Shown: positions 43,783-53,981, counted from the stretch's first letter. The stretch: DNA of 64,000 nucleotides from Candidatus Saccharimonadales bacterium (GCA_035510465.1 DATKHC010000008.1:1315-65314); one strand, 5' to 3'. The notes: generated by a model from the letters alone, not told the origin. Made by a program: numbers and translations.

Positions 43783-44352
43783 ATAAGAATTCAAAGGATT
43801 GTAGGAATAGATGAGGTTGGTCGGGGAGCTTGGGCAGGTCCTGTTGTTGCTGCGGCCGTAGTTCTATCTAACGACAACCTGATACTTAAAGACTCAAAAC
43901 AACTGTCTAAGAAACAAAGAGATGTCTTAACTGAACAAATAAAGCAGAACTCAATTAGTGTTGGAGTTGGCTGGGTTAGTAATAAGCTCGTTGATGAGTT
44001 GGGGTTAGACCATGCCGTGGAGGAAGCTATGCGCCAGGCTCTTTCGCAAATAAACTGCGAGTACGACCAAATTATTATTGACGGAAACAGGAATTTTCTA
44101 GCGGATAACGACAAAGCGGTAACAATTGTTAAAGCCGATCAGACGGTTACTTCAGTTAGCGCGGCCAGTATTATCGCAAAAGTTGAACGTGATCGGTATA
44201 TGGCTAAACTGGCACTAAAATTTCCTGGGTATGGCTTCGAGAAACATGTTGGTTATGGGACCAGGCTTCACTTAGAAAAACTAATTGACCTCGGAGTCTG
44301 CTCAGCTCACAGGCTATCATATAAGCCGATTGCTAATTTGATTCAAGCTTAA
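43783..44352 (+). CDS. rnhB: ribonuclease HII; start codon non-canonical (ATA 43783 or ATT 43789)
   Basis: The frame is open from 43750 and encodes IVGIDEVGRGAWAGPVVAAAV (the RNase HII active-site N-terminus). The first ATG/GTG/TTG in frame is only at 43999. GGAG at 43773-43776 lies 6 nt before ATA 43783. Confidence 0.75.
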   Translation: MRIQRIVGIDEVGRGAWAGPVVAAAVVLSNDNLILKDSKQLSKKQRDVLTEQIKQNSISVGVGWVSNKLVDELGLDHAVEEAMRQALSQINCEYDQIIIDGNRNFLADNDKAVTIVKADQTVTSVSAASIIAKVERDRYMAKLALKFPGYGFEKHVGYGTRLHLEKLIDLGVCSAHRLSYKPIANLIQA

Positions 44353-46912
44353 AGAAATTGGCAACTTCCTTAATTGATCGTTCTCGCCAGACACACTGGT
44401 ATTCCAAAATCTCAAGTCCTTGTCTGTACGATCTCTCAAGTACAGGAGATAGTAGTGGCGTAAAGAAATTTTTATATTCTTTAATGAAAGCTTTATCGCT
44501 TGCAGAGTACACGACATGAATCGGAAGTCTGTGGAATGATAAATCACCTCCAAGATTTTGCTCTAGCCACTGCCAGTTTTGTTTTGTCCATTCCCATATC
44601 ATTTTTTTCTCATATCGGTTTACGAAACCGTAAAATATCCAATATGGGACATCTTGTAGTCTTACTTTGTCAGTTTTTATTAGTCCCAGGGCTCTATCGA
44701 TAAGCTCGGGTTGCGCAAATGACTGAAGGGCAGAGCATAAATTATTCTTATCTTCAGGTGAGTTTGAGTGGTTATAAAGTTTTAGCAGCTTATCAAACTC
44801 CGGCTTACCCCCTAATCTAGCTACGGTTTTAAATACGATTGGCTTTAGATCTGGATCTATAGTAGCCCCACCTTTTCCACTAAAGTTAATCTGATCAAAT
44901 AACTTGCGACATTTAGCTATGATTTCCGGTTGATCGGCGGAGGCGGCTAATCCCAGAATGATTGGCCTGAGTAGTTTATCAAAGTGGGTGTCGGCTGTCT
45001 TTTTATCCCAACCTAACCTTTTCAACTGCTTTGAAACAAGCTTTCTAATGTATGGTTTCATATTTTCTAAAATTTCTGGTTCGTCCATAATGTGACGTAA
45101 TTTAACTAGCGAACTTGCGATTATGTCCCAGACGGCGAAGTTATCTTCATTCTCAAAATAGCTAATAAAGTGCAGAGCTTCTACTGTGTCCATATCACCG
45201 GCTTTGGCCGTTTCAAACACATTGCTTAAGATACCCAAGCGATCGATCGGGTCTATCCGTCCTCGTCTAATCTGATTTCCAAGTTCTTCTAAGTGAGTTG
45301 GATTGTAGATGGCCCTGTAAAAACCGCTTTGACCCCTGTTAACTAATAGATTATTGGAGGACTTTGTTCTAAAAGCTTTTTGTTTTGAGCTAAGGATAGA
45401 GGGCAGTTCTTCGTGATTGGATAATAGGGCAATTGGCCATAGAGTTTCATCATGGACTCGGTGGGCTGGGTTTATGAAGAAACGTTCTTGAGACAGTTCT
45501 ACCTTGTTGTCTTCGAGACTTACCTTAAGAATCGGGTAGCCGGGTTTTGAAGTCCAGGTATGCATGAACTGCTCAACTGGCTTGCCTGACACTTCCTCGA
45601 GTGCTTTCCATAGGTCAACAGTATCTGTATTAGAGTATGCGTGCTTTTCTAGGTAATAACGGAGACCGTTTTTAAAATCAGACTTGCCTACATAGTTATG
45701 TAGCATATTGAGTACACTTGAGCCTTTGCTGTAACTTATAGTGTCGAATATAGTTCTTATCTCGTCCGGGTGATTGATCTTAACTTCGATTGGGTGGGTA
45801 TTGGACAATGAATCGAGACTAAAGGCGCGTTGTTGTTCATCAACCGCAAACTGGACCCAAAGTTGCCACTCGGGGAAGATATGGTCAATTGCAAAGTATT
45901 CCATCCAACTAGCAAAACCTTCGTTTAACCACAGGTCTGTCCACCAACGCATAGTTACTAGGTTCCCGAACCACTGATGAGCTAACTCATGCGCAACCAC
46001 TAATGCCACATACTGCTTGGTTGCCAGTGACGTATGGTCGGGATCGACAAACATGGTTTGTTCGCGGAATGTAATAAGTCCCCAATTCTCCATTGCACCT
46101 GAGGCGAAGTCAGGTAGTGCGAGCAGATCACACTTAGGTAGGGGGAAATCTATTCCGTAGTATTCACTATAAAAATCTAGACATTTTACTGCTGTATCTA
46201 GTGCGAATTTAGTGAATTTAACATTTTGTTTCGTAGCATATGATCTTACTATCGTCCCGGCTTTTGTTTTTGCTTGTAGGTAGCCCAGGTCGCCATAAGC
46301 AAAAGCTAACAAATAAGTACTCATTTTAGGGGTAGTAACGAAGCTAGTTGTTGCGTAGTTCTTAGACTTGGATGGTGTCTGATCTAGGATTGGAGTATTG
46401 GATAAGACTGTCTCGTCTTTGGGTGTAACCAGGCTCAATGCAAACGTGGCTTTAGCTGCAGGTTCGTCGATGCAAGGGAATACTTCCCGGGCATAATGAC
46501 TCTCAAATTGAGTTGCAATCAGCTGCTTTTGTTTGCCATTGTCTTCGAAAAAACATGGATATATACCACTCATAGCCTTTGTAATTTTGCCGGAGAACTC
46601 AACTTTTATTGTGTACTTCCCGGGACGCAGCGAATTTTTAGTATGAAGTCTAAGTTCATCATATTTTTTATGAGTATTAATCCGGTCAACCACTATTTGC
46701 GCCTCAGAGCTCTTTGTGTGGTGGGTTATCTCAGCGGATAGTATCTTTAAATCTTTTTGGTGAAGCACAACTCGTTTGCTGGGCGGTCCACTCCGATAGC
46801 CTTGTATAACTACAGTCCCGCGAAATTTTTGCTTGTCTCTGTCGGGGTTTAAGAACAGTTCATAATGCTCAGGTGAAAACTGTTTCTGTAACCTCTTTAC
46901 CGGACTTATCAT
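44333..46912 (-). CDS. pepN: M1-family aminopeptidase N
   Basis: GAMENWGL and HELAHQWFGNLVT...WLNEGFA (HEXXH-E18-E). Confidence 0.9.
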   Translation of the reverse strand: MISPVKRLQKQFSPEHYELFLNPDRDKQKFRGTVVIQGYRSGPPSKRVVLHQKDLKILSAEITHHTKSSEAQIVVDRINTHKKYDELRLHTKNSLRPGKYTIKVEFSGKITKAMSGIYPCFFEDNGKQKQLIATQFESHYAREVFPCIDEPAAKATFALSLVTPKDETVLSNTPILDQTPSKSKNYATTSFVTTPKMSTYLLAFAYGDLGYLQAKTKAGTIVRSYATKQNVKFTKFALDTAVKCLDFYSEYYGIDFPLPKCDLLALPDFASGAMENWGLITFREQTMFVDPDHTSLATKQYVALVVAHELAHQWFGNLVTMRWWTDLWLNEGFASWMEYFAIDHIFPEWQLWVQFAVDEQQRAFSLDSLSNTHPIEVKINHPDEIRTIFDTISYSKGSSVLNMLHNYVGKSDFKNGLRYYLEKHAYSNTDTVDLWKALEEVSGKPVEQFMHTWTSKPGYPILKVSLEDNKVELSQERFFINPAHRVHDETLWPIALLSNHEELPSILSSKQKAFRTKSSNNLLVNRGQSGFYRAIYNPTHLEELGNQIRRGRIDPIDRLGILSNVFETAKAGDMDTVEALHFISYFENEDNFAVWDIIASSLVKLRHIMDEPEILENMKPYIRKLVSKQLKRLGWDKKTADTHFDKLLRPIILGLAASADQPEIIAKCRKLFDQINFSGKGGATIDPDLKPIVFKTVARLGGKPEFDKLLKLYNHSNSPEDKNNLCSALQSFAQPELIDRALGLIKTDKVRLQDVPYWIFYGFVNRYEKKMIWEWTKQNWQWLEQNLGGDLSFHRLPIHVVYSASDKAFIKEYKNFFTPLLSPVLERSYRQGLEILEYQCVWRERSIKEVANFFKLESN

Positions 46913-46960
46913 TACATAAATATTAGCATGGCTCTTTATCGACGGCTGTTTTGCTGCCCG

Positions 46961-46990
46961 TTTGCTAAAACCATAAAGTTTGTGTATAAT
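46961..46990 (+). promoter_or_regulatory. promoter TTGCTA-18-TATAAT (TGTG upstream) for nusA
   Basis: Hexamers at 46961-46966 and 46985-46990. Confidence 0.55.
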
Positions 46991-47003
46991 GATTCTTGTA
47001 TTG

Positions 47004-47027
47004 GTCGGCCGGCAGGTCGACTTTTTT
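47004..47027 (+). terminator. intrinsic-terminator-like hairpin in the nusA leader (possible attenuator)
   Basis: GTCGGCC-ggca-GGTCGAC (7 bp including one G-U) followed by TTTTTT. It lies between the promoter and ATG 47061. Confidence 0.55.
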
Positions 47028-47060
47028 CATACCTAACTAGATCTTGAAAGGAAAAATTAT

Positions 47061-48218
47061 ATGGAATTAGACATGAAACAAATGGCGTTAGCCGTTAGAA
47101 CTATCGCAGAAGAAAAGAACTTACCCGAGGACGTAGTACAAGAGGCCGTAGAACAAGCTTTGGCCGCAGCGTATCGACGTGATTATGGAGACCGCGATCA
47201 AGAAGTGCGAGTAACTATGAATCTAAACACGGGTCAGATAGATGCGTTTCTAACGAAGCAAGTTGTAGATAAAGTAGAAAATGAAGCGATGGAAATCTCT
47301 CTTGCTGACGCTAAAAAGACTAAAGCAGACGCAAAGATAGATGACCAAATTGAAATCCATCAACCCATATCTCAATTCGGTCGAGTAGCTGCCCAAACAG
47401 CTAAACAGGTTATCTTACAAAGATTAAGAGAGGCTGAGCGAGAAATTATAATGACAGAATACGAGGATAAAATTGGTACTGTCATAAATGGCGTGGTTTC
47501 AAAAGTCGAAGGACGGCTTGTTAGAGTTGACCTTGGTCGAGCACAAGGCATAATGCCGCAAAGTGAACAGATCCAAAACGAACGTTATTTCCCCGGCCAA
47601 AGGATTAAGGTTTTCCTAAAAGACGTGGAAAGAGGCTTTCGTGGTCCTCAATTAATTGTTTCTCGCGGTAACACCCAATTTGTTGAATGGCTATTTAAAG
47701 GTGAAGTTCCTGAGATGGAATCAGGCGCTGTTGAAATTAAAGATATCGCAAGAGAAGCAGGTGTTAGGACAAAACTAGCTGTCGCTTCAACTCTTCCTGG
47801 TGTAGACCCGGTCGGAACCTTTGTAGGTGGACACGGTACCAGAGTTAATGCCGTAATGAGTGAAATTGGGGAGCAGGAAAAAATTGATATCGTAGTATTC
47901 AGTGATAAACCCGAGGAATATATTGTAAATGCCCTGAGTCCAACTAAAGTAACTAAAGTTGAGCTGGATGAACCTTCAAAGAAAGCAAAAGTCATTGTGC
48001 CTGAAGATCAATTATCTGTTGGGATTGGAAAGAATGGTCAAAATGTACGGTTAGCTTCTAAGCTTACCGGATACGACATTGATATTACATCTTATGGAAA
48101 CGACAAAAATAAAGAGGTTGAGGTCAAGACAGAATCTAAGAAACCTGTGCAAAAACTCAAAAAGAAAGAACAACTTGAGAGTAGCCTACTAGAGGCGATC
48201 GACAAGCACGGAGAGTAA
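47061..48218 (+). CDS. nusA: transcription termination/antitermination factor NusA
   Basis: NusA N-domain, S1 domain (GTVINGVVSKVE) and two KH domains (IGKNGQNVRLASKLTG). Confidence 0.95.
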   Translation: MELDMKQMALAVRTIAEEKNLPEDVVQEAVEQALAAAYRRDYGDRDQEVRVTMNLNTGQIDAFLTKQVVDKVENEAMEISLADAKKTKADAKIDDQIEIHQPISQFGRVAAQTAKQVILQRLREAEREIIMTEYEDKIGTVINGVVSKVEGRLVRVDLGRAQGIMPQSEQIQNERYFPGQRIKVFLKDVERGFRGPQLIVSRGNTQFVEWLFKGEVPEMESGAVEIKDIAREAGVRTKLAVASTLPGVDPVGTFVGGHGTRVNAVMSEIGEQEKIDIVVFSDKPEEYIVNALSPTKVTKVELDEPSKKAKVIVPEDQLSVGIGKNGQNVRLASKLTGYDIDITSYGNDKNKEVEVKTESKKPVQKLKKKEQLESSLLEAIDKHGE

Positions 48219-48235
48219 AAACCGGAACGCGATAA

Positions 48236-48262
48236 TTAGCACTCTTGACTAGCGAGTGCTAA
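48236..48262. promoter_or_regulatory. CIRCE operator (HrcA binding site), perfect consensus
   Basis: TTAGCACTC-ttgactagc-GAGTGCTAA equals TTAGCACTC-N9-GAGTGCTAA. It overlaps a TTGACT(48245-48250)-16-TAAAAT(48267-48272) promoter upstream of clpC. Confidence 0.85.
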
Positions 48263-48334
48263 CTGCTAAAATAGAATAAGCGAGATCTTCAATCTAAGAT
48301 ATTGCTTATTCAATACAAGAGGGATAAATATTTT

Positions 48335-50815
48335 ATGATACCAAACTCACCGGACTCTCAAGAATTTATGGGGCATTTAACTGAAAATGCCTTACAAAGC
48401 TTAAAACATGCAGAGGCAATTGCCCGTGGTTTTGGCAGTGCTTATATCGGCACAGAACATTTACTGCTTGGATTACTTGCTCAAGATACAAGTATCGGCG
48501 CAAAAATATTAGAAGGTCAGGGTGTAACCCTAGATAGAGCCAGATTGGCACTTAACCTAACACCGAAAACCCTTGTAATTAATCCTGGATCAAAAAACTT
48601 GAGTGAAGCAGCTAAACTGACTCTAAAAATGGCTCAGGAAATAGCTCAGGATTACAATCAGGAATTTACTGGTACTGAGCACATATTATTTAGCATTTTA
48701 AATCAAAAACATGCCCGAGCTACGACACTGCTTCGGGATATGAACATTGATGTTGATAGCCTGACCAGCGAACTGATGCAGTTTCTGAACAGGCAAAATT
48801 ACGAAGACAGTAGTGAATACGCCACAGAGGGTAAGAGAACCGGTAAGCGAAAACCAAAAACCGCGCTAGACTTTTACGGCAACGATTTAACTGCACAGGC
48901 GCGAGCTGGAAAGTTGGATCCGGTAGTGGGTCGAGATGCACAAATTCGGCGGGTTATTACAATCTTAAATCGTAGAACCAAAAACAATCCAGTTTTAATC
49001 GGAGAGCCTGGTGTTGGTAAAACGGCTATTGTTGAGGGTATCGCTCAGCGAATAATATCCGAGGACGTACCAGACGCACTACTGGACAAGAGGGTTGTCA
49101 TGCTTGATTTAGCTGGCATGATTGCTGGTACTAAATACCGTGGTGAGTTCGAAGACAGACTTAAGAAGGTAATGACAGAACTTGAGGCTGACAAGAAAAT
49201 TATCCTATTCATAGACGAGCTACATCTGATAATTGGTGCCGGTGCTGCTGAGGGCGCGATGGATGCCAGCAATATTCTCAAACCGTCGCTTGCCAGAGGA
49301 AAAATGCAGGTTATCGGTGCTACGACCACCGATGATTACACTAAACATATTGAAAAAGATGCTGCGCTTGAGCGTCGTTTCCAACCTGTTCAAGTGCCAG
49401 AAGCAACGCTTCCTGAAACTGTAGCCATCTTAAAGGGCCTGAGGAAGCATTATGAATCGTTCCATGGAGTGAAAATAAGTGATGAGGTTATTGAAGACAC
49501 GGTTGCACTTGCAAAGCGCTATGTCCCTGATCGCTATATGCCCGATAAGGCAATAGATTTACTTGATGAAACAGCCGCCTATCTTCGAATTGATAAAGGT
49601 AAAACTCCACCAGAAGTTAGAAAACTGCAGAAAGAACTAAAACTTGCCAATACCAGGCGTGAAGAGGCTGCCGAAGCCGAAAACTACGAGAATGCTGCCA
49701 GGTTTAAACAACGTGCTTCACAAATAACTGATGAGCTAAAGAAATTGCAAGCTTCAGGAAAGTCACACAATAGACTGACGATGACAAGTGACGACGTTGC
49801 CGAGGTTGTAGCTAGAATAACTGGGATACCAGTAAAGAAGGTAATCCGGGCGGAGGCAAAGTACCTACTTAATTTAGAGAAAACCCTGGATAAATTCGTA
49901 ATTGGTCAAGATGAAGCTGTATCTGCAGTCTCGAGGGCTATTAGACGAAATAGAGTAGGCGTCGGCAGTGCTCAGAGGCCTATTGGCTCGTTTATCTTCC
50001 TGGGCCCAACCGGTGTTGGTAAGACCGAACTATCCAGAGTTTTAGCTAGAGAATTTTTTGGCAATCCAAACGCACTTATTAAGATCGACATGAGTGAATT
50101 TGGTGAGCATCATACCGTTGCCCGGTTAGTCGGTGCTCCGGCGGGCTATGTTGGTTATGACGACGGTGGTCAGCTAACAGATAAAGTTAGACGGCAACCA
50201 TATAGCCTGGTCCTATTTGATGAAATCGAAAAGGCTCATCCGGATATGTATAACATGCTGCTTCAGATACTTGAAGACGGCACGCTGACTGACGCCAAAG
50301 GCAGACAAGTCGACTTTACTAATACAGTCGTTATTATGACTAGCAACATTGGTGCCGATAAACTTCAGAAAGAAGTTAATCTAGGTTTTCACGCTCAAGC
50401 ACCACAAGACGTTAAACAGCTGGATGATCTCCATGCCATAAATAAAGAGAAGGTATTGGATGAACTCAAGAAACTAATGCGACCCGAACTACTCAATCGT
50501 ATAGATAAGACCATCGTCTTCAGGGCTCTATCAAAAGAAAATATTTATAAGATCATAGACTTACAAATTAATGAGCTAAAAGATCGTTTAATAAAGCACG
50601 GATTGACCGTGAAACTAACAGATAAGGCTAAACAATATCTGCTTGATCATGGATATGATCCATTAAATGGAGTTAGACCACTACGTAGACTTATCCAAGA
50701 CACCATAGAAGATCAAATTGCCTCATCAATCCTAGAAGACCATACGCCAAAAGGTAGTGTCATCCAGGTAGGTGCAACCAAAGAAGAATTACGTTACTCT
50801 CTAGTAAACGAATAA
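48335..50815 (+). CDS. clpC: ATP-dependent Clp protease ATP-binding subunit ClpC-type (AAA+ class I)
   Basis: Two Clp_N repeats, two Walker A sites ([16 protein letters not shown]), a short middle domain with a UVR-like motif ([14 protein letters not shown]) and an LGF ClpP-docking tripeptide. The start is ATG 48335 or 48368. Confidence 0.85.
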   Translation: MIPNSPDSQEFMGHLTENALQSLKHAEAIARGFGSAYIGTEHLLLGLLAQDTSIGAKILEGQGVTLDRARLALNLTPKTLVINPGSKNLSEAAKLTLKMAQEIAQDYNQEFTGTEHILFSILNQKHARATTLLRDMNIDVDSLTSELMQFLNRQNYEDSSEYATEGKRTGKRKPKTALDFYGNDLTAQARAGKLDPVVGRDAQIRRVITILNRRTKNNPVLIGEPGVGKTAIVEGIAQRIISEDVPDALLDKRVVMLDLAGMIAGTKYRGEFEDRLKKVMTELEADKKIILFIDELHLIIGAGAAEGAMDASNILKPSLARGKMQVIGATTTDDYTKHIEKDAALERRFQPVQVPEATLPETVAILKGLRKHYESFHGVKISDEVIEDTVALAKRYVPDRYMPDKAIDLLDETAAYLRIDKGKTPPEVRKLQKELKLANTRREEAAEAENYENAARFKQRASQITDELKKLQASGKSHNRLTMTSDDVAEVVARITGIPVKKVIRAEAKYLLNLEKTLDKFVIGQDEAVSAVSRAIRRNRVGVGSAQRPIGSFIFLGPTGVGKTELSRVLAREFFGNPNALIKIDMSEFGEHHTVARLVGAPAGYVGYDDGGQLTDKVRRQPYSLVLFDEIEKAHPDMYNMLLQILEDGTLTDAKGRQVDFTNTVVIMTSNIGADKLQKEVNLGFHAQAPQDVKQLDDLHAINKEKVLDELKKLMRPELLNRIDKTIVFRALSKENIYKIIDLQINELKDRLIKHGLTVKLTDKAKQYLLDHGYDPLNGVRPLRRLIQDTIEDQIASSILEDHTPKGSVIQVGATKEELRYSLVNE

Positions 50816-50816
50816 T

Positions 50817-51797
50817 ATGCGAAAACGCCGATTCTGGATTGAGCTAACAATCCTGGTGGTTATTGTTGGCGGTGGTCTGCTCGTATTAAATAAACACCAG
50901 GCGGTTAATGACTGGTTTAGGCTGCTTGATTATCATCCAGACCCTAATGTCGTAGCAATAGCAGATCAAGACATGTTAACACCTTATGCTAGGCACCTAG
51001 TTTATGTTTATCATACGCAGCTTGAAGATGCCTCAACCTTTAACCAAAATTGTAAGGTGACTGACCAATCAATTGTTCTTGGCTGCACGGTAGTTAACAA
51101 GGGCATTTATATATACCAGGTTAGCGACCCTCAGTTAAACGGTATAGAGCAGGTTACTGAGGCTTACGAGATGCTCCACGCCGCCTATGCGCGCTTAAGT
51201 CCAACGGAGCTCACTAAGGTCAATTCAATGGTCGTATCAGCCTACACACAGCTAGAGGCCACTAATCCAACCCTGAAGACCGAGGAACAAGAGTACGCAA
51301 GCACTGAAGGACCTGGAGCGGTAGTTAATGAGATGCATTCGACGCTCGGTGCCGAAGTTGCGAATTTACCTCCAAATTTAGAGAATTACTACAAGCAATA
51401 CTTTGAAGACCGATCTGTAATCGTAGACTTTGCTAATCAATATCAAGCGGTTTTTAATTCCAGGAAGACTCAAGTTGCCGCTGACGATCAGCAGCTTTCC
51501 AACTTAAATCAGCAGATAAGTACAGATCAAGCTACATTGAACACTGAGCTTAGCAGCTTAACCAGCCAACAAACAGAACTTAATACGCTCAAATCAAGTG
51601 GCCAGTTTGAAAGTTATAACTCTCAGGTACCGGGCTTCAACGCTAAAGTTGATGCTTATAACTCGCTTGTAGCTCAAGTTAAAGATCTGGTAACAAACTA
51701 TAATCTGCTTGCTGACCAGAGAAACTCAATCGCACTTGAGGAAAATCAGCTAGTCAAGGAAATATCGAGTCAACCTAGTACACTTAGTACTCAGTAG
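50817..51797 (+). CDS. membrane-anchored hypothetical protein with a Q/N/S-rich coiled-coil C-terminus
   Basis: N-terminal TM segment. VTEAYEMLHAAY looks like a degenerate HExxH (YEMLH). No firm assignment. Confidence 0.55.
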   Translation: MRKRRFWIELTILVVIVGGGLLVLNKHQAVNDWFRLLDYHPDPNVVAIADQDMLTPYARHLVYVYHTQLEDASTFNQNCKVTDQSIVLGCTVVNKGIYIYQVSDPQLNGIEQVTEAYEMLHAAYARLSPTELTKVNSMVVSAYTQLEATNPTLKTEEQEYASTEGPGAVVNEMHSTLGAEVANLPPNLENYYKQYFEDRSVIVDFANQYQAVFNSRKTQVAADDQQLSNLNQQISTDQATLNTELSSLTSQQTELNTLKSSGQFESYNSQVPGFNAKVDAYNSLVAQVKDLVTNYNLLADQRNSIALEENQLVKEISSQPSTLSTQ

Positions 51798-51832
51798 TTG
51801 ATAAACTTGGGACTAAAGAGATCTAGTAATTT

Positions 51833-53179
51833 ATGCCTAAAAAAGAATCAGTTTTATTTGTTTGTAGTAACTGCGGTGCCACAAGCAGTAGTTGGAGTGG
51901 ACGCTGCTTTACCTGTGGAGAGTGGAATACTTTGGTTGCCGAGAGCCCGAACCCAACCGGTATACGGCGCACTGGTAGAACCATTGATGCTGAGACACTT
52001 AGTCAGGATCTACTTAAAGCGGAGGCCAGATTAGTATCCGGCATTGGAGAGCTAGATAGCGTCCTTGGTGGCGGAATAGTACCAGGTAGTGTCATTTTGT
52101 TGGCAGGCCAACCTGGGATAGGCAAAAGCACACTTCTGCTTCAACTTGCTAATTCGCTGTCTGCAAAAACATCAGTCTTGTATGTAAGTGGTGAGGAGTC
52201 TATCAGGCAAATTAGTCTAAGGGCCAGTAGACTAGGTGTAAGTTCAAAAAAACTTAAGTTGGCAACCTCAAATTCTACCGACGACATTGTATCTACCATA
52301 GACCAGGAGAAATTTGGTCTGGTTGTAATTGACTCGATTCAGTCCATGGCCTGTAATGACATCAGCTCACCTGCTGGAAGTGTCAGCCAAATAACAAATA
52401 GCACGCAACTGCTGAGCACTGCCGCAAAAGCAAAAAATATAAACACAGCTCTTGTCATTGTTGGTCACGTTACCAAGGAAGGAACTATAGCCGGACCTAA
52501 AATGCTAGAACACTTAGTGGATGTTGTATTACAACTTGAGGGTGACCGCTACGGTGGATTTAAGATACTTAGAGCTTCAAAAAATCGCTATGGCTCAACC
52601 AACGAAGCAGGTATCTTAGAGATGGTAGACAATGGTTTTAGGGCGGTTGATAATCCATCTAAGGCACTTCTGGCTGAGCGACAAATTAGTGATGGCTCTA
52701 TAGTACTCGCAACCATTGAGGGAAGTCGTCCGCTGCTGGTTGAAGTTCAAGCACTAGTGAATAGAACTAGCTACGGATATCCTAAGCGAACGGCCTCGGG
52801 CATAGATTTAAATAGGCTAAATCTGTTAGTTGCTATGCTTGAGAGAAGAACCAAGCTCAAACTATTCGATCAGGACATTTACGTTAATATTGTTGGTGGG
52901 ATTAAAGTGAACGAACCAGCAGCCGATTTAGCGGTCTGTATGGCGGTTGCTTCTGCTGCAAAAGGCATGAAGTTAAGCTCTGATTCAGTAGTTTTTGGCG
53001 AAGTAGGCTTATCTGGGGAAATCCGCAGGGTACCATTTATAGATAAACGGATAGCGGAAGCAAAAAAACTTGGGTTTTCAAGCGCGATAGGCCCATCAAT
53101 TACAGGTAAACAATCAATAAAGTATCATGGAGTGTCTAGTATCCGGGCCGCTCTGAATACGTTTTTAGGAAAGGAATAA
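51833..53179 (+). CDS. radA: DNA repair protein RadA
   Basis: N-terminal Zn-finger (CSNCG...CFTCGEWN), Walker A GQPGIGKST, a KNRYG motif and a Lon-like C-domain. Confidence 0.95.
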   Translation: MPKKESVLFVCSNCGATSSSWSGRCFTCGEWNTLVAESPNPTGIRRTGRTIDAETLSQDLLKAEARLVSGIGELDSVLGGGIVPGSVILLAGQPGIGKSTLLLQLANSLSAKTSVLYVSGEESIRQISLRASRLGVSSKKLKLATSNSTDDIVSTIDQEKFGLVVIDSIQSMACNDISSPAGSVSQITNSTQLLSTAAKAKNINTALVIVGHVTKEGTIAGPKMLEHLVDVVLQLEGDRYGGFKILRASKNRYGSTNEAGILEMVDNGFRAVDNPSKALLAERQISDGSIVLATIEGSRPLLVEVQALVNRTSYGYPKRTASGIDLNRLNLLVAMLERRTKLKLFDQDIYVNIVGGIKVNEPAADLAVCMAVASAAKGMKLSSDSVVFGEVGLSGEIRRVPFIDKRIAEAKKLGFSSAIGPSITGKQSIKYHGVSSIRAALNTFLGKE

Positions 53180-53190
53180 TATATAAACAT

Positions 53191-53910
53191 ATGCAAATAG
53201 TAGAAATAGTATTATTAATAGTAATTATCTGGTTACTGCTTACAAAAAAGCAGGTGAAAATAAATACAGCGCATAAATCGGATAGGCAAATTATCTTAGA
53301 TAGCTGTGCATTAATTGACGGACGAATAATCGAGCTCGCAAACAGCGGTTTTATACCTGATAAGTTAATTGTGCCAGAGTTTGTATTAAAGGAGCTACAA
53401 TTGTTAGCTGATGGCAATGATTCATTTAAGAGGGAACGTGCCCGCTTTGGCATGGATGTGGTAAAAGAATTACAAACGGGACATAGCTCAAACGTGGTAA
53501 TCGACGACAGTTCATTTGATCAAATACCCCACACTGACGATAAATTGATTGCCCTCGCAAAAAAGATTAATGCTCCGATATATACGACTGACTACAATTT
53601 AAATAAAGTCGCCGACATCCAAGGCATTAGAATTTTGAACGTTAACGAGTTAGCTCAACAACTTAGACCATCAATAATCCCTGGTCAGCAGAGAAAGCTT
53701 AAGATTGTCCAAAAAGGCACAAATCAGAATCAAGGTGTTGGCTATCTCGAAGACGGCACTATGGTTGTGGTTGAAGGAGCGGCCCACTCAATCGGTAAAA
53801 CCGTTGATATTGAAATAGCGCGAAATCTGCAAACAGTCGCTGGAAAAATGTTGTTTGGGCATTTAATAAAGCCTGCTCTCGAGCGCAATCGAACCGTTCG
53901 AAATCGATAG
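53191..53910 (+). CDS. PIN/TRAM domain protein (YacL-like)
   Basis: N-terminal TM segment, PIN core (ILDSCALIDGR, TDD) and a C-terminal TRAM-like beta domain (GVGYLEDGTMVVVEGA). Confidence 0.8.
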   Translation: MQIVEIVLLIVIIWLLLTKKQVKINTAHKSDRQIILDSCALIDGRIIELANSGFIPDKLIVPEFVLKELQLLADGNDSFKRERARFGMDVVKELQTGHSSNVVIDDSSFDQIPHTDDKLIALAKKINAPIYTTDYNLNKVADIQGIRILNVNELAQQLRPSIIPGQQRKLKIVQKGTNQNQGVGYLEDGTMVVVEGAAHSIGKTVDIEIARNLQTVAGKMLFGHLIKPALERNRTVRNR

Positions 53911-53952
53911 ACCATATCCACAAGCATTTTCATCTTAAGATTTGATGCCGAT

Positions 53953-53981
53953 TTGCATTTAACTCTATGATATTGTAAAAT
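53953..53981 (+). promoter_or_regulatory. promoter TTGCAT-17-TAAAAT upstream of ORF 54089
   Basis: Hexamers at 53953-53958 and 53976-53981. The leader contains an SD-preceded 5-codon mini-ORF (54002-54019, MAQPE). Confidence 0.45.

Noticed and set aside
51798-52034. 78-aa ORF overlapping the radA start in another frame.
   Set aside because: The radA frame encodes the canonical N-terminal zinc finger from ATG 51833, so the overlapping frame is a by-product.
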